A DNA stretch of 64,000 bases from Psammoneis japonica (Eukaryota), in the NCBI GenBank assembly GCA_008632985.1, contig QPGO01000183.1, forward strand, positions 1 through 64,000, in the 5' to 3' direction. How positions within the stretch are numbered: the first letter of the stretch is position 1; the number at the start of each line of letters is the position of its first letter. The translations under genes were made by a program, and so were the position numbers. The notes below the pieces were generated by a model. The model did no database searches. It worked only from the letters and a program-made list of their open reading frames with translations, and was not told where the DNA came from. Shown here piece after piece: positions 12,341-24,008 of the stretch.

Positions 12341-12403
12341 ACAGTTGCGCCAGCACCAAAAGGCACAGAACCGAATGTTGCTAAACCTGCTGGCACCATT
12401 TGT

Positions 12404-15400
12404 TTGTCTGGGCGATTCTCAAAGGACACACGTGTCTCTTTGTCATCTGCTGGAAATTCAGATGACGAAGCCACCACTGATTTGGACTCGCACGCTGACA
12501 CGTGTGCTGTTGGGTCCAATTTTGTGATGTGCTCTGACATCGACAGAACTGTCGTGGTGCACCCCTGCTCCGAAGAGCATGCACCAATGGAAAACATTCC
12601 TATTTGCACGGCTGCCACCGTGTGGGTTGATCCAACTGATGGACAACCACACCTGCTGCCAGTCCACGAGGCTGTGTTTTTTGGGGACAAGATGACTGAC
12701 ACCCTCCTGTGCCCCAACCAACTGCGAGCGAATGGGCTGACCGTCCAAGACACCCCTCGCCAGTTTGATCGGACTGGCACACACTCTGTTTCTTTTCCTG
12801 ACTCGAAGATCAGGATGCCATTGCGAATGCGAGGCGTTGCTTCAGTCTTTGATTCACACAAGCCAACAAAGGAGGATCTGGAGAACCTCCCCCGGCTGGA
12901 ACTCACATCACCCCTGAGATGGGAGCCTTCTGCTGATGCCCTGGCGCAAAAGGAGGAAGCGCATGAATGTGCCAGTGTGCGCCAAGGATCAGCAAAGTCG
13001 GGCGGACGGTCGACGATGATGAATGTCGGATGGCACGCCAGAAATGGCAGAAGGCCAGACCAAGGAGATCTGCAAGGAATGCAGGATGCACCAGGAGGTG
13101 TCCACCCCACACAGCCCCTGGCAGAACCTGGCCGAGGCATCCATTCGTGAGTTGAAGAAAAGAGTCCGTGTGACTCTACGCCGGACTGGCGCTCACAGGC
13201 GACTTTGGTCCCACAGCGCCAAATGGATGTGTGACATCCGACGCATGATTGCAACTGGCACATCGGACATGGGAGGACGAGTCCCAGAAGAGGAGGTGAC
13301 AGGTTCGACACCCGACATCTCTTCCCTCTCTCTCTTTGATTGGCATCAACCTGTTTGTAGCTGCATGCCTGTGGCGGAGTTCCCACAAGAAAAGAAGTGC
13401 ATTGGCCGTTGGCTCGGAGTGGCTGACAACTGCACTGACGATGTGGCATTCATCATTTTGCCCGAATCAGGCAAACCCATCATTCGGAAGGATGTGTGGG
13501 CCATGCCGGAGGATGACCTTAAAACTCCGGCGATCCAGACGGATCTTGCATCAGTCGATCAAGCTTTGATTGAGCGGCTTGGCATCCCGGAAAAGGACAC
13601 CAGTGCTGACTTCCCTGAACTCCCTGACGACTTCATGGACGAATGGGACGATGCCATTGAACCGTGGAACCCGACGCTTCCAAACCGGAAGCTGATGAGC
13701 ACACCCCGGAAGGGCCAGATGAATGTCTCACAGCTCAAGTCATGTTGCCACGAGGAGGCGAGCTGACTCATGCTAGGGTCATTGCACGCAAGCGAGATGG
13801 CGACGGGGTTCCTGTTGGCACTAGGAACGACAACCCTGTCCTGGACTTGAGGATGTACGACGTGGAGTTCCCTGATGGATCCACTGATTCCTGCACTGCC
13901 AACGTAATTGCAGAGAACCTGTTCGCTCAGATCGACTCTGAAGGGAATGCCTGCCAGATCATGAAGGAAATGGTCGATCACCGATGTGATGCCCATGCCA
14001 CAACGGCCGATGACGGGTGCACAACGACTAAGACTGGCAGGCGTGCTCCCAGGAGGACGACTGCAGGCTGGGACCTGCAAGTCGAATGGAAGGATGGGAC
14101 TGCATCATGGGTTCCTCTCAAGGATTTGAAGGAGTCCAATCCAGTCGAGGTTGCTGAGTGCGCTGCAGCAAACAAAGCTGCCAGTGAACCAGCCTTCAAC
14201 TGGTGGGTCCGAGACGTCTTGCATCGCAGGTCAAGGATCCTGAAGAAAGTCAAGTCGCGTCACTGGAAACACACGCATGAGTTCGGAATTGAACTCCCGA
14301 AATCTGTCAAGGAAGCCATGGAGATGGACAACAGAACGGGGACCGACTTCTGGTTCAAAGCCATCGAGAAGGAAATGCGCAACGTCATGCCTGCGTTCGA
14401 ATTCCGCGATGACGACACTGTGCCGGTCGGGTGCAAACACATTGACTGTCATGTGATCTTCGACATTAAGAGCACCCTCCAACGTAAAGCGAGGTTCATG
14501 GCCAGAGGCCATCAAACCGATCCACCCAAGGAATCGACATGTTCCAGCGTGGTGTCGCGTGACAGCGTTAGGGTGGCATTCAGTGTGGCAGCCCTGAATG
14601 ACCTGGAGGTCCTGAGCGCTGACGTTCAGAATGCCTGTTTGAATGCACACACTAAGGAAAAGTGTTGCACCACTGCTGGCCTGGAATTTGGGAAGCAGAA
14701 CAAAGGAAGGCCGGTGATCATTGTCCGTGCCTTGCATGGTCTCAAGTCTTCAGGTGCAAGATTTAGGGAACACCTGGCAGCTGCTCTGCGTGACGCTGGG
14801 TTTGAGTCTTGCAAAGATGGCCCGGACATCTGGATGCAAGCTGCGGTTAAGCCGGATGGCTTCAGGCACTGGGAATGTGTGCTTGTCTGTGTGGACGACT
14901 TGTTGTGCGTCTCCCATGAACCTCAGAAGGTCATGGACCACATGAGCTCCAGGCACACGCTCAAGGACGGAAGCATCTGCGAGCCGGAAGAGTGCTTGGG
15001 CGCCCAGATTAGAAAGCACCAGCTGTCTGACTCGGATGGTGAGACACGCTGGGACATGTCCTCTGACCTTCATGTCAAAAGGGCATTAGCTGACGTTGAA
15101 TTGGAGCTTAAGAAAACTGACAGGCGTCTTCCGACGAAGGCGTCGACACCCTTGAGCTCGGGACATGGGCCTGAACTGGACGGTTCACCTGAGTTGAACG
15201 CCAAAACGGCTGACTGCTGTCAAGGCCTTGTCGGTGTGCTGCGGTGGGTGGTTGAACTGGGGCGAGTGGACATTTTTGTCACTGTCTCGCTCATGTCCTC
15301 CTGCTTGGTGGCACCACGAGTTGGACACCTGGACGAGGTGCTCCATGTCTTTGCATGCTTGAAGGCTCATTCTAAGTCTGCACCAGTGTTTGACAACACT

Positions 15401-15904
15401 GAGCCCATCTTTGACGAGAGTCGCTTCACCAAGTGTGATTGGGAAGAACATCACCCTGGCGCGGCTGAACCAATGCCGCCAAACATGCCGGAGGCACGCG
15501 GGAATGGCGTGACTGCCACTTGCTTTGTCGATGCTGATCACGCCGGATGCCGTGTGATGCGCAGGTCCCACACTGGGATCCTGATCTTCATCCAACGAGC
15601 ACCCATCTTGCATTGCTCTAAGCGGCAGAATGCTGTAGAGTCCTCCACTTTTGCGTCGGAGTTTGTGGCCATGAAGACTGCAGTGGAGCAAATTGAAGCC
15701 TTGTGTTGCAAGCTTCGGATGCTCGGAATCCCCATGGATGGGGCCACTGACGTTTTCTGTGACAATGAAGCTGTCTTCAAGAACTCAACTAAACCAGAGT
15801 CCACTTTGAAGAAGAAGCACAATGCAATTGCCTGTCACAGGACTCGTGAGGCACAAGCCGCTGGAACAGCGCGCATTGCTTGGGAAGACGGACGCACCAA
15901 CTGA
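12404..15904 (+). pseudogene. pol: copia pol (PR, partial IN, RT, RNase H), frameshifted and Tyr-depleted
   Basis: LDSHADTC (PR), PHSPWQNLAE (IN), RKARF, DVQNACL, ALHGLKSSG, CVDDLL (RT), FVDADHAG, CDNEAV, KKKHNAIACH (RNase H). Confidence 0.93.
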
Positions 15905-16108
15905 GTTGTTGCCTGGACCAAAGCTCCGGGAAATCACAAGTCACATCCTGTGGCAAGTCCCAAAAGGGGACAAACTGAACGGGTTTGCCGCGCAGGTGCG
16001 GCTTTTTCCCACCCCCAAAACACAACTGCTGCCCTGGAACAGGGCAGCATCAGGTTGCATTTGTCTGTCGATCTGACCCGAGTGGAGCTAGTGTCAGTTC
16101 GAGGGGAC

Positions 16109-16292
16109 TGAACAAATGCTGATGTGCTGTCATGGATGTAGGCAGTTTAAGTGCCAAAGGCGATTGGTCCACTGTCGCTCAATTGGTGGCCCCGGTGGCA
16201 TGACATCTCACAACTCTAGAACCTGTTGATGCTGTTCAACACTCTGTCTTGTCTCACACCCAATTCTCAGCCATCATGGTGGCATTTATTCA
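16109..16292 (+). repeat. copia 3' LTR
   Basis: Follows the PPT; ends ATTTATTCA. Confidence 0.92.
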
Positions 16293-16601
16293 GGTTTCCC
16301 TTGGGACTCAAACCCCCATTTCCCGGGTTTGAATCTGTCATTGCGCAAGTCACATGCGTGCATTTTCTCACAAGCAGAGACAGTGGAGAGAAATGGCTCC
16401 ACTGTTTTGCCATCCAGCAACAACTGCCGTGCTGCATTTTTGATCGAGCACTGCAACAACTGCTCCTTTGCCCCGGGCACCACACGGCCGATGGTCGCTG
16501 TCGAACAAGCTGCTTTTGTTCATGCAAACAACAAACAAACATTCAACCATCACCACTGCTGTGTGAAATCAGGACTGTTCATCCTGTCTTTTTCCCTGGC
16601 G

Positions 16602-17080
16602 TCACTCTTTCTGCAAGTTTTCGTCACCGCAAGGAATGCAGCATGCCGCTGGTCTCCGTTCATTTTTGCCACATTCAGTCTTGCACTCTTTGCACTTCAA
16701 ACCAAAAAGCTCCCACAACGTGTCACACAAACGGAGCTGCAACAGCAGGGTGTGATCATGTTCCTTGCAAGTTGCGTGGCTTTTCAGGTGTTGCTTTTCC
16801 TTGCATCCGCAACAACTGAAGCACAGGAGCTGATCATCACCCGTCCTGGAAGAGCATGTCTCGTGCAAAATTTGTCCACATTTGTTGCAAGGCACTCCGT
16901 TGCTTGCCCGTTCCCCGCACAGGTGGCATTCCAACTCCTCTGTTTCATCTGACAAAACCATGTTTGCCTTTTTGTCTTCCACTCTTTTCCAACAAGCTTT
17001 CGCCAATTCCTCATTGATGTTTTCCTCCGGTTCCCATGACTTTTCTCTGGTCAACCAAAGGACGTGGCATGTCCGATCAC
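16602..17080 (-). pseudogene. decayed chromodomain + PHD-finger-like gene fragment
   Basis: RTCHVLWLTREKSWEPEENI resembles the chromo motif Y.V.W...sWEP.eNl, followed by CHLC..CNKC..HETC..CFSC (C4HC3 spacing). Confidence 0.55.
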
Positions 17081-17910
17081 AATGTCAGCTTCCAAACGCA
17101 CACTGCGATTTCAAATGCACCCACCTGTGTTTCCTGCCATTGCAGCATCTGTCCTTGACGTGGTTGTGTTTTCCTCTGTTGAAGTGTCTGCCCTTGATGT
17201 GTTTGTAAGATCAAGGCTGACAACTGACACCTGTGTCTGATGAAATGAATTCGTCATTGTGTTTTCGACTTTTGATCGCTTTTTGTGCTTGGACACAATT
17301 GCAAAGTCACGGTTGCATGTTCTCATTGCACAGTTTTTGAATTGCATTTAGTTTCATTCTTTTCTGTGTTTTTCATTGTTTCAATCAAGCATCAATGTTC
17401 TCAAATGAACATTGACAACCATGTCGACCTGTTGTGTTAAGAACATTGTTCTTTCCTCCCATTTGAAACAAAATTTTCCTCAAATGAAAATTGGGTTTTC
17501 ATTGGTTCACTTTTGAATGTGTGATTTTCCACAATTGAAATTTGAGTTTTCATGTGTGTTCTTTTTTAAAGTGCTTGCTTCATCTACGTTGTTGAATGAA
17601 ATGCATTGTGCAATCACACAATTGGGTGGGAGGACGTGCGCGTGCGCGTGCTGCTCTTTCAGCGTGTGGAACATGCATGGGGCCCTGCATGCAGGGCTTG
17701 TCTGCAAATGTGCAGTGCAGCAGAATGCACGTGTTTTGCGCTTTCGGCGATTGAGAGCACATTTGCTGCTCCACCTCATTTTCACAAATCCTCTGCGCTG
17801 TGCAAGCCCCCTTTTGTCCATCAACAGAACTGCGATCCCTCCCCCTTTTTCCATCCAATCATCTTTTGGGCCTCTTCTTGAATCTTGCATCTTGCTCTTT
17901 TGCGCATTGA

Positions 17911-18800
17911 ATGATCCCAAACGACACCATGGATGACATGGCAAACAATTGGGGGTGCAGTTTGGTTGCCGTTAGCCCGCGTGGCTTAAAATGCAATGGC
18001 GAAGAATTGATGAATTCTTCCATGGACATCAGCCATCACAAGCAGTTAGAAGAAGTTGTTTTTCGTCACTTTGATGGCGAATTCCTGCTGTACAAAGTGA
18101 CACCAAACGGCTCCGATGCAAATCTGTTTGCAGTTAATTCTGTGACGGGAGGGCACAACGACGGATGTTTGATTGCATGTGGAAGTCATGTGGCCAGTGA
18201 TCATGGGCCGGTCCACTGTTGGACTGCCAGCACGTTCAGTGCAGAACATGGTCCCAGCACGGCAATGCATCCGGACAACGTGTTTAACTCTTTTACATGC
18301 AATCACACCATTGCGCTGCCGCATCACATGCCAGGCACTCTGAGCTCCGCGGAGCTCAGTGAGTGCAAAAACGATTGTCTCAACCACATTCATCTCCGTT
18401 GTTTGATGCAGGCTGTAAAGAAGGTGCCAACCACTGCATTGTTTTTAGAATTGATGCCAGCAAACAATGGCGCAACACTCAGCGACGATTTTCTAGAATC
18501 TCTCGGTCGGTTGGCTGACCACCATTCCTTTGAGATTGTTGTTGACGAAATTGTGACGGGCGGATGCAGTGGATGCATGCTGTCATGCATGGCTGAACCC
18601 AAGCATTTTGTTGATGCTGTTGCCTGTGTTGCCATGGGCAAATGGCTGCATGCTGGCACAGTTTTGGCAAAACCCAATCATTGCAATTGGTCCTGCAGCA
18701 TGACATCATCTCTTCCCAATCGTGGTGCCTCCACGGGCATGGATTGTAAAGAAATTGTCATGACATGGAAGACTGCAACTTCACAGTTCCATCTCACAGC
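17911..18800 (+). pseudogene. decayed class-III PLP aminotransferase-like sequence
   Basis: ALFLELM...LGRLADHHSFEIVVDEIVTGG.SG...AMGKW matches the class-III pattern (DE..TG.GR.G ... GK). One Tyr in the ORF; it runs into repeat sequence at ~18810. Confidence 0.55.
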
Positions 18801-19258
18801 CAAGCATTTGTGGCCCTCTTTCCCACTTCCTTGTCCCCTTTTCCCACTCCCTTCTTGGCTTCACTTTCCCTTTAGCCTTTGTTTTTGCCCTTTGCCCGCT
18901 GCCAACTGCCCGAACCCCAACCCCTTGTCAGTGTTGCAAAACATTCGATTTTGGACAAATCTGTGCTTTTGGTGGCAAAATTTTGTTCGCAAGTGAGAGA
19001 CCGAGCAAAATTTGAGCAAATGTTCATTTTTTGCACAATTTGGGTCATGCGCAGCTGGAACACGTCCCTTGGCTATTTTCCACCTTTTGTGATTTCTGCC
19101 ATTTTGCACCCTCGGGCATTTTGTGCTTTCTGAATGATTTTGTGCCTCTGGCCATTTTGTGCCCATGTTGCACCCTCAGCCATTTTGCACCCTTTGTCAC
19201 AAGCAGATGTGCTCCAGCTCCATGTGGGACCTTGTGCTGCTGGGCTGTGGCGCAATCA

Positions 19259-19700
19259 TCCAAAGCTGGCACGCCAACTTTAGATCCAAAGTCGGCATGC
19301 CAATTTTGTGCAAAGTTGGCATGCCGACTTTTGACCCAAAGTTGGCATGCCGACTTTTGACCCAAAGTTGGCATGCCGACTTTTGACCCAAAGTTGGCAT
19401 GCCGACTTTTGACCCAAAGTTGGCATGCCGACTTTTTGCCCAAAGTTGGCATGCCAAGTTTTGACCCAAAGTCAACATGCTGAGTTTTGCTCCAAAGTTG
19501 GCATGCCAAGTTTTGACCCAAAGTTGGCATGCCGACTTTTGACCCAAAGTTGGCATGCCGACTTTTGACCCAAAGTTGGCAGGCCGACTTTTGACCCAAA
19601 GTTGGCAGGCCGACTTTTGGCCCAAACGTGGCACGCCGACTTTTGACCCAAAGTTGGCACACCAAGTTTTGTGCAAAATGCCAAGTTTTGATCCAAAGTT
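19259..19700. repeat. 26-bp palindromic minisatellite, array 1
   Basis: Unit GACCCAAAGTTGGCATGCCGACTTTT; core AAAGTYGGCATGCCRACTTT is self-complementary. Confidence 0.95.
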
Positions 19701-19714
19701 TGCACACCACATCA

Positions 19715-20088
19715 GATGCATTCCAGATGTGGGTGGGAACTCTTTTGACATTGGGCCCGCAGAATTTGGCGGTGATTAAAACACCAATGATTGTCAACAG
19801 AAAATCAGGCAATTTTGCCAGTGCACAAACTCGCCCATGATTGAAGCACATCATTTTTTGCTTGGCCAGTTGCATTCTTCAGACATTGAAGAATGTGGCT
19901 GGCGCGCTGTTGTCACTCTGAATCTGTTGCATGAAACATCTGGGGCTTTGCAAAACAGCGAGTTTGGACAATTTTTTTTTGAATGTCACTCACAGAAAGG
20001 CACGTGCAAAACATGCGACGGATGACAAAAATTGTTTGTGTCACAGGCCAGTGCCACGAGCTCCCACCTGGGGCTGCTGGAGCACGTC
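19715..20088. mobile_element. MITE, GACG..TCCAG TIR family, TSD ATCA
   Basis: ATCA|GATGCATTCCAG...CTGGAGCACGTC|ATCA; also present in the duplicated units at 26450-26819 and 35446-35774. Confidence 0.8.
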
Positions 20089-20260
20089 ATCATGAAGCAG
20101 ACTCCACCTTCCCACCATTTTTTCAATTGATCCACTCAACATGACCCAGCAAGATGAGCATCCAAAGACCAAAGACACCCCAAAAACAAAACATCAAGAA
20201 AGCAAAGAATGGTTGCCAGCGGTGCTCTGCACTTCTGGGTGTTCTGCGTTTGTGCTTGCA

Positions 20261-20680
20261 GATGCGCTCCAGCTCTGGGTGGGACCTCGCACTGCTGAGC
20301 TGTGTCATTGACAGTTTTTTGGATCACACCGCATGTCACGCACGCAGAAAGGTGCGCGGCTTTTGTGAAATTTTGTGTCATTTTGTGGCACACTTGCTCA
20401 AGCAGATTGGCTTTTGTGGGCGTGCAGAGCACGGACATTTGAGCGACTCTTGACATTTTTTTCTTCTGCGCCATTCACAAATGTCTTGAGAATGGCGCAG
20501 GGCAGGTGCATTTGCAAAAACGTCAAGTGGCGATGGCCACAATTGTGCCAAAAACTTGGCCGTTTGTTTGATGTTGAAGACAAAATTGTCCATCAACTGG
20601 ATTCTTGCAATGCGGAGCTCGCACGCAGAATTCTGCGGGCCCAATGTCACAAAAAGTCCCACCTGGGACTGGAGCCTATC
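20261..20680. mobile_element. MITE, same TIR family, TSD TGCA
   Basis: TGCA|GATGCGCTCCAG...CTGGAGCCTATC|TGCA; duplicated at 26995-27386 and 35947-36335. Confidence 0.8.
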
Positions 20681-20684
20681 TGCA

Positions 20685-21080
20685 GACACGTTCCAGCCCT
20701 AGGTGGGAGCTCGCAGTGCTGACGTGTGACAACAACAATTTTTGTCATCCGTCGCATGTTTCGTGCGTAGATTTCTGCGTGTGACATTTAAAAAAAATTG
20801 TCCAGACTCGCTGTTTTGCGAAACCCCAGATGTTTTATGTGACAAATTTGTGGAAACAACAATGCGCCAGTTGCATTCTTCAATGTCTGAAGAACGCAAC
20901 TGGCCAAGTAAAAAATGATTTACTTCAATCATGTGCGAGTTTGTGCATTCGCAAAATTGCCTCATTTTCTGTTGGCGATCATTGACATTTTAATTGCCGT
21001 GTGATTTTACTGTGGAGCTCGCACGCAGAAGTCTACGGGCCCAATGTCACACGGATTCCCACCTGCGTCTGGAACGCGTC
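20685..21080. mobile_element. second MITE inserted in tandem at the same TGCA site
   Basis: TGCA|GACACGTTCCAG...CTGGAACGCGTC|TGCA; absent from copies 2 and 3 of the unit; an inverted relative of 19715-20088. Confidence 0.8.
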
Positions 21081-21589
21081 TGCATCAGAATTTAGATGCC
21101 GTCACCGTCATTGGCACCTCACAAGCAAAAATGGCGCGGGTGGCCCTTTGTTGCTTTTTGCCATTGCATCAAACACAAAACCTTGCTCAGATTGTGGCGT
21201 GATCTTGGCAGGATTCTCTGCCATGCTGCTTCAATGAGCATTTGACCACCTCTTTTGCAGCGCAGCTTTTTCACAAAATGCAACAACAACCATGTGAGGG
21301 CAGCTGCAATGACAACTCAAGTCACAAGGACAGCACAACTGCTGCCACTGCCACCACCATTGCCAACAGCTCAGGGGATGTCCAGCAAAACATTCAACGC
21401 TGTGCCGCACACTGTTGCGCCATGCACGGTCACAGACGTCAACACAAAATTTGGCAAGGTGCTCCCGGCTCATGATCTGCCAGGGAGAGGTTGCAAGATC
21501 AAAGACAGCTCCCAAAAGTCAGCTGACAATGACGCTGCAGCCAAAAAGTCCGCTGATGATGACACTGCAGAAAACACAGTGTGGACATT

Positions 21590-23135
21590 TGAACAATTTT
21601 TTGTGGGGCATCAAAGTCCTCATGGGACACGCATCATAAACTCCCTCAGCAGACTCAGCGCTGATTGTGCGTCAGCACATTTCACACTGAGATTTCTTTG
21701 CAGGTGGCGAACCTGCCAAGCAGCATCGCAGAAAGACATGCTCAATTGGCGGCAACAATTTCACCGAAAATCATCTGTTGTGTTGCGACTCGTTTGTCAC
21801 AATGAAAAACATTGATGGCGCAACAACAATGATTTTGCAACACTCACACGAGTCTTGTCAGTGTTGCAAAACATTCGAGTTTGAACAAACCTGTGCTTTT
21901 GGTGGTGAAAAACCGTTCGCAAGTCAGAGACTGCACAAAAATCATGCAAATGTCATTTTTGTGCATGATTTGGGTCACGTGCGGCTGGAACACGTCAGCA
22001 GTGACACCAACAAGAAGAAGCAACAGAGACCACTCTGTGGGTTTGTGCCTTGCACACTCACTTTGTTCTTGGTGGGCCTTGCTGGTGCTGTCACAAAAGG
22101 AGCTGCACACCATCGGTGGAGGACAAAACACATGCAAAGCTTGTCTGCCATGAAATTGTCAGGCTTTTTGGCCCTTTCTTGGTTTCAAAAGACAAGGCAA
22201 GGGCACCCCAAAAACAAAATTCTTTTCACATTGGACGTGGCCAACGTGTTGGTCAATTTCATTTTGGGGCAATCGGAGGAGTCTTGAGGGCTCAGACACA
22301 CAAGCATGCCAGATTGGCGGCCAAGGGATGTTTTGTGCCCCTTTTTGGAAGGAGGCAACAAACAATGGGTCGCAGTTGCACAATCACACAATCTCAGATT
22401 TTGGTCTCAAATCTTGTTGTGCCATGGACTGCATGCAACAAACCTGTGTCAACACCAAATGGGTCTGTTGTTGATTGTGATGTGTGCAAATGCCTGCAAG
22501 GCATGCCACCTGATGTTCTGTCACTTGACAACTTCTCAGTGCAGATCCAGCCCTGCAGAGCAGAATCCATCAAAACTCCCTCCGAACTCTGGAGTGTTGC
22601 AAAACTTGCAGGTTCCGCAGAAACAATTTGTCCTGCCCAAAGCACACGCAAAAAGCATCACAAAATTCGAGTGTGGCCGCTGGTGGGATCTCCTTTTCAA
22701 GACAATCTTGAAGCTGTGCAAGTCATTTCCTTGACCCCAACCTTCCTTCCGGCATTGCTTGACAGCTTCTGCACTCATTGTCTGCCTTCAAACTGTTGTT
22801 GGGCTCTGCTGTTGCTCTCCTGTCCATCGACTGGAGAAAAAATCTCATCATTTTTGTGAGGGCTGTCAGTGAACAGGGGGACATGTTTCATTGATTTGGG
22901 GGTGTTTCGTGGGTGTCTGTCCATCAGTCCAAACTTGCGAGCAGAATCGACATGTCTGCGTGCCTGTGTTGCAGGGTCTGTCCATTGACTGGAGAAAAAA
23001 TCTCATCATTTTTGCATTGTCTGTCTGTCAACAGGAGAGATGTTTCATCGATTCAGGGGTTTGTCTGTCAACCCTCAGGGAAAAACAACACCTCATGACC
23101 CAACCCCAATCCCTCCCATCTCACACTCCCTCAAT
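21590..23135 (+). repeat. segment duplicated at ~29055-32150, where it carries three extra MITE insertions
   Basis: Near-identical text (e.g. 22041 ff vs 30094 ff); supplies the empty sites for the MITEs at 30579 and 31480. Confidence 0.88.
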
Positions 23136-23550
23136 GCAGTCAAATGCAGGCCTCGCTGATCCAATTGGCAGCGTGCAGGGCACACATCTGGTGTTTGTTG
23201 TTTTGCGCGTTGCTTTTGCCCGATTGCAATGTTCGCGAATGCAAACAACAAAATTTGCTCCAACTGGCCGCAAATGTGGTGTTTGTTGTTTTCACAAATA
23301 AAATCCTGAAGAGACATGCAGACACGTTGGACATTTGACTGCATGGGTTGCTGACATCAAATTTTCAAGACGACGCGCAGAAAGACAGCACGATGCATCA
23401 AGAAAGACACACATGACGTCAATGATGACGCAAGTTCAACAAACACCTTGTGTTCGAACAAAAGTTGCAAAAAATGGGTTCGTCACAAATCTTCACCGAC
23501 AATGTCTGATGGACAAGCAATCGCAGCAACAACAAATGCCAAACACTGGA

Positions 23551-23947
23551 GACGTGCTCCAGCTCCAGGTGGGACCTCGCACCACTGAGCTGCGACATCA
23601 ACAGTTTTTTGGATCGCGTCGCATGTCGCGCACGTAGATGGCTGCGTGTGATGTTCTACGAAATTGTTTCATGCTTCCTGTTTTGCGAAGCCAAAGGCTT
23701 TCTATTTTCAACATTTGTGACAATGAAAATGGGCTGGGTGTGTTCTTCAATGTCTGCAGAGTGTGCCCACAGCAACCATTGTTCATGTGCTCAAAGTGTG
23801 AAGGAGGAGACACATTCGTAAAATTGCCTCTTTTTCTGTTGGCGATCATTCACATTTTCATTGCTTGACAAATTTGCTGTGGAGCTCGCACGCAGGATTC
23901 TGCGGGCCCAATGTCACACTGAGTCCCGCCTGGGATTGGAACCCGTC
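23551..23947. mobile_element. MITE, same TIR family, TSD TGGA
   Basis: TGGA|GACGTGCTCCAG...TTGGAACCCGTC|TGGA. Confidence 0.8.
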
Positions 23948-24008
23948 TGGATCGGCAACCCCTGCATGTGTGGGCACACACATGTAAAAACATTCATGTG
24001 CAACAGGT

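Larger units (their letters stand above)
10228..16292 (+). mobile_element. Ty1/copia LTR retrotransposon (diatom CoDi-like), defective
   Basis: ~185-bp LTRs with termini TGAACAAAT...ATTT(G/A)TTCA, flanking GGTT duplication (10224-10227 / 16293-16296), domain order gag-PR-IN-RT-RNaseH, PPT GAGGGGA before the 3' LTR. Confidence 0.95.
18810..21370 (+). repeat. composite repeat unit, copy 1 (other copies ~25490-28248 and ~34690-36628)
   Basis: Same order of modules in all three copies: pyrimidine-rich tract, truncated MITE end, 26-bp minisatellite, ATCA-site MITE, TGCA-site MITE, shared tail. Confidence 0.88.

Noticed and set aside
10922..15904. Alternative genetic code explaining the missing Tyr
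   Set aside because: Neighbouring host genes translate normally with standard Tyr codons in conserved motifs.
2861..16292. CpG deamination as the sole cause of the TG/CA excess
   Set aside because: CG remains common in these elements; Tyr->Cys/His and TA retained in one LTR require TA ancestors.
2861..16292. ADAR-type RNA editing or RT error as the cause
   Set aside because: Changes occur on both strands, differ between sister LTRs, and also affect non-retro repeats.
19259..19700. CRISPR-like array of palindromic repeats
   Set aside because: Units are head-to-tail with no unique spacers, there are no cas genes, and the context is eukaryotic.
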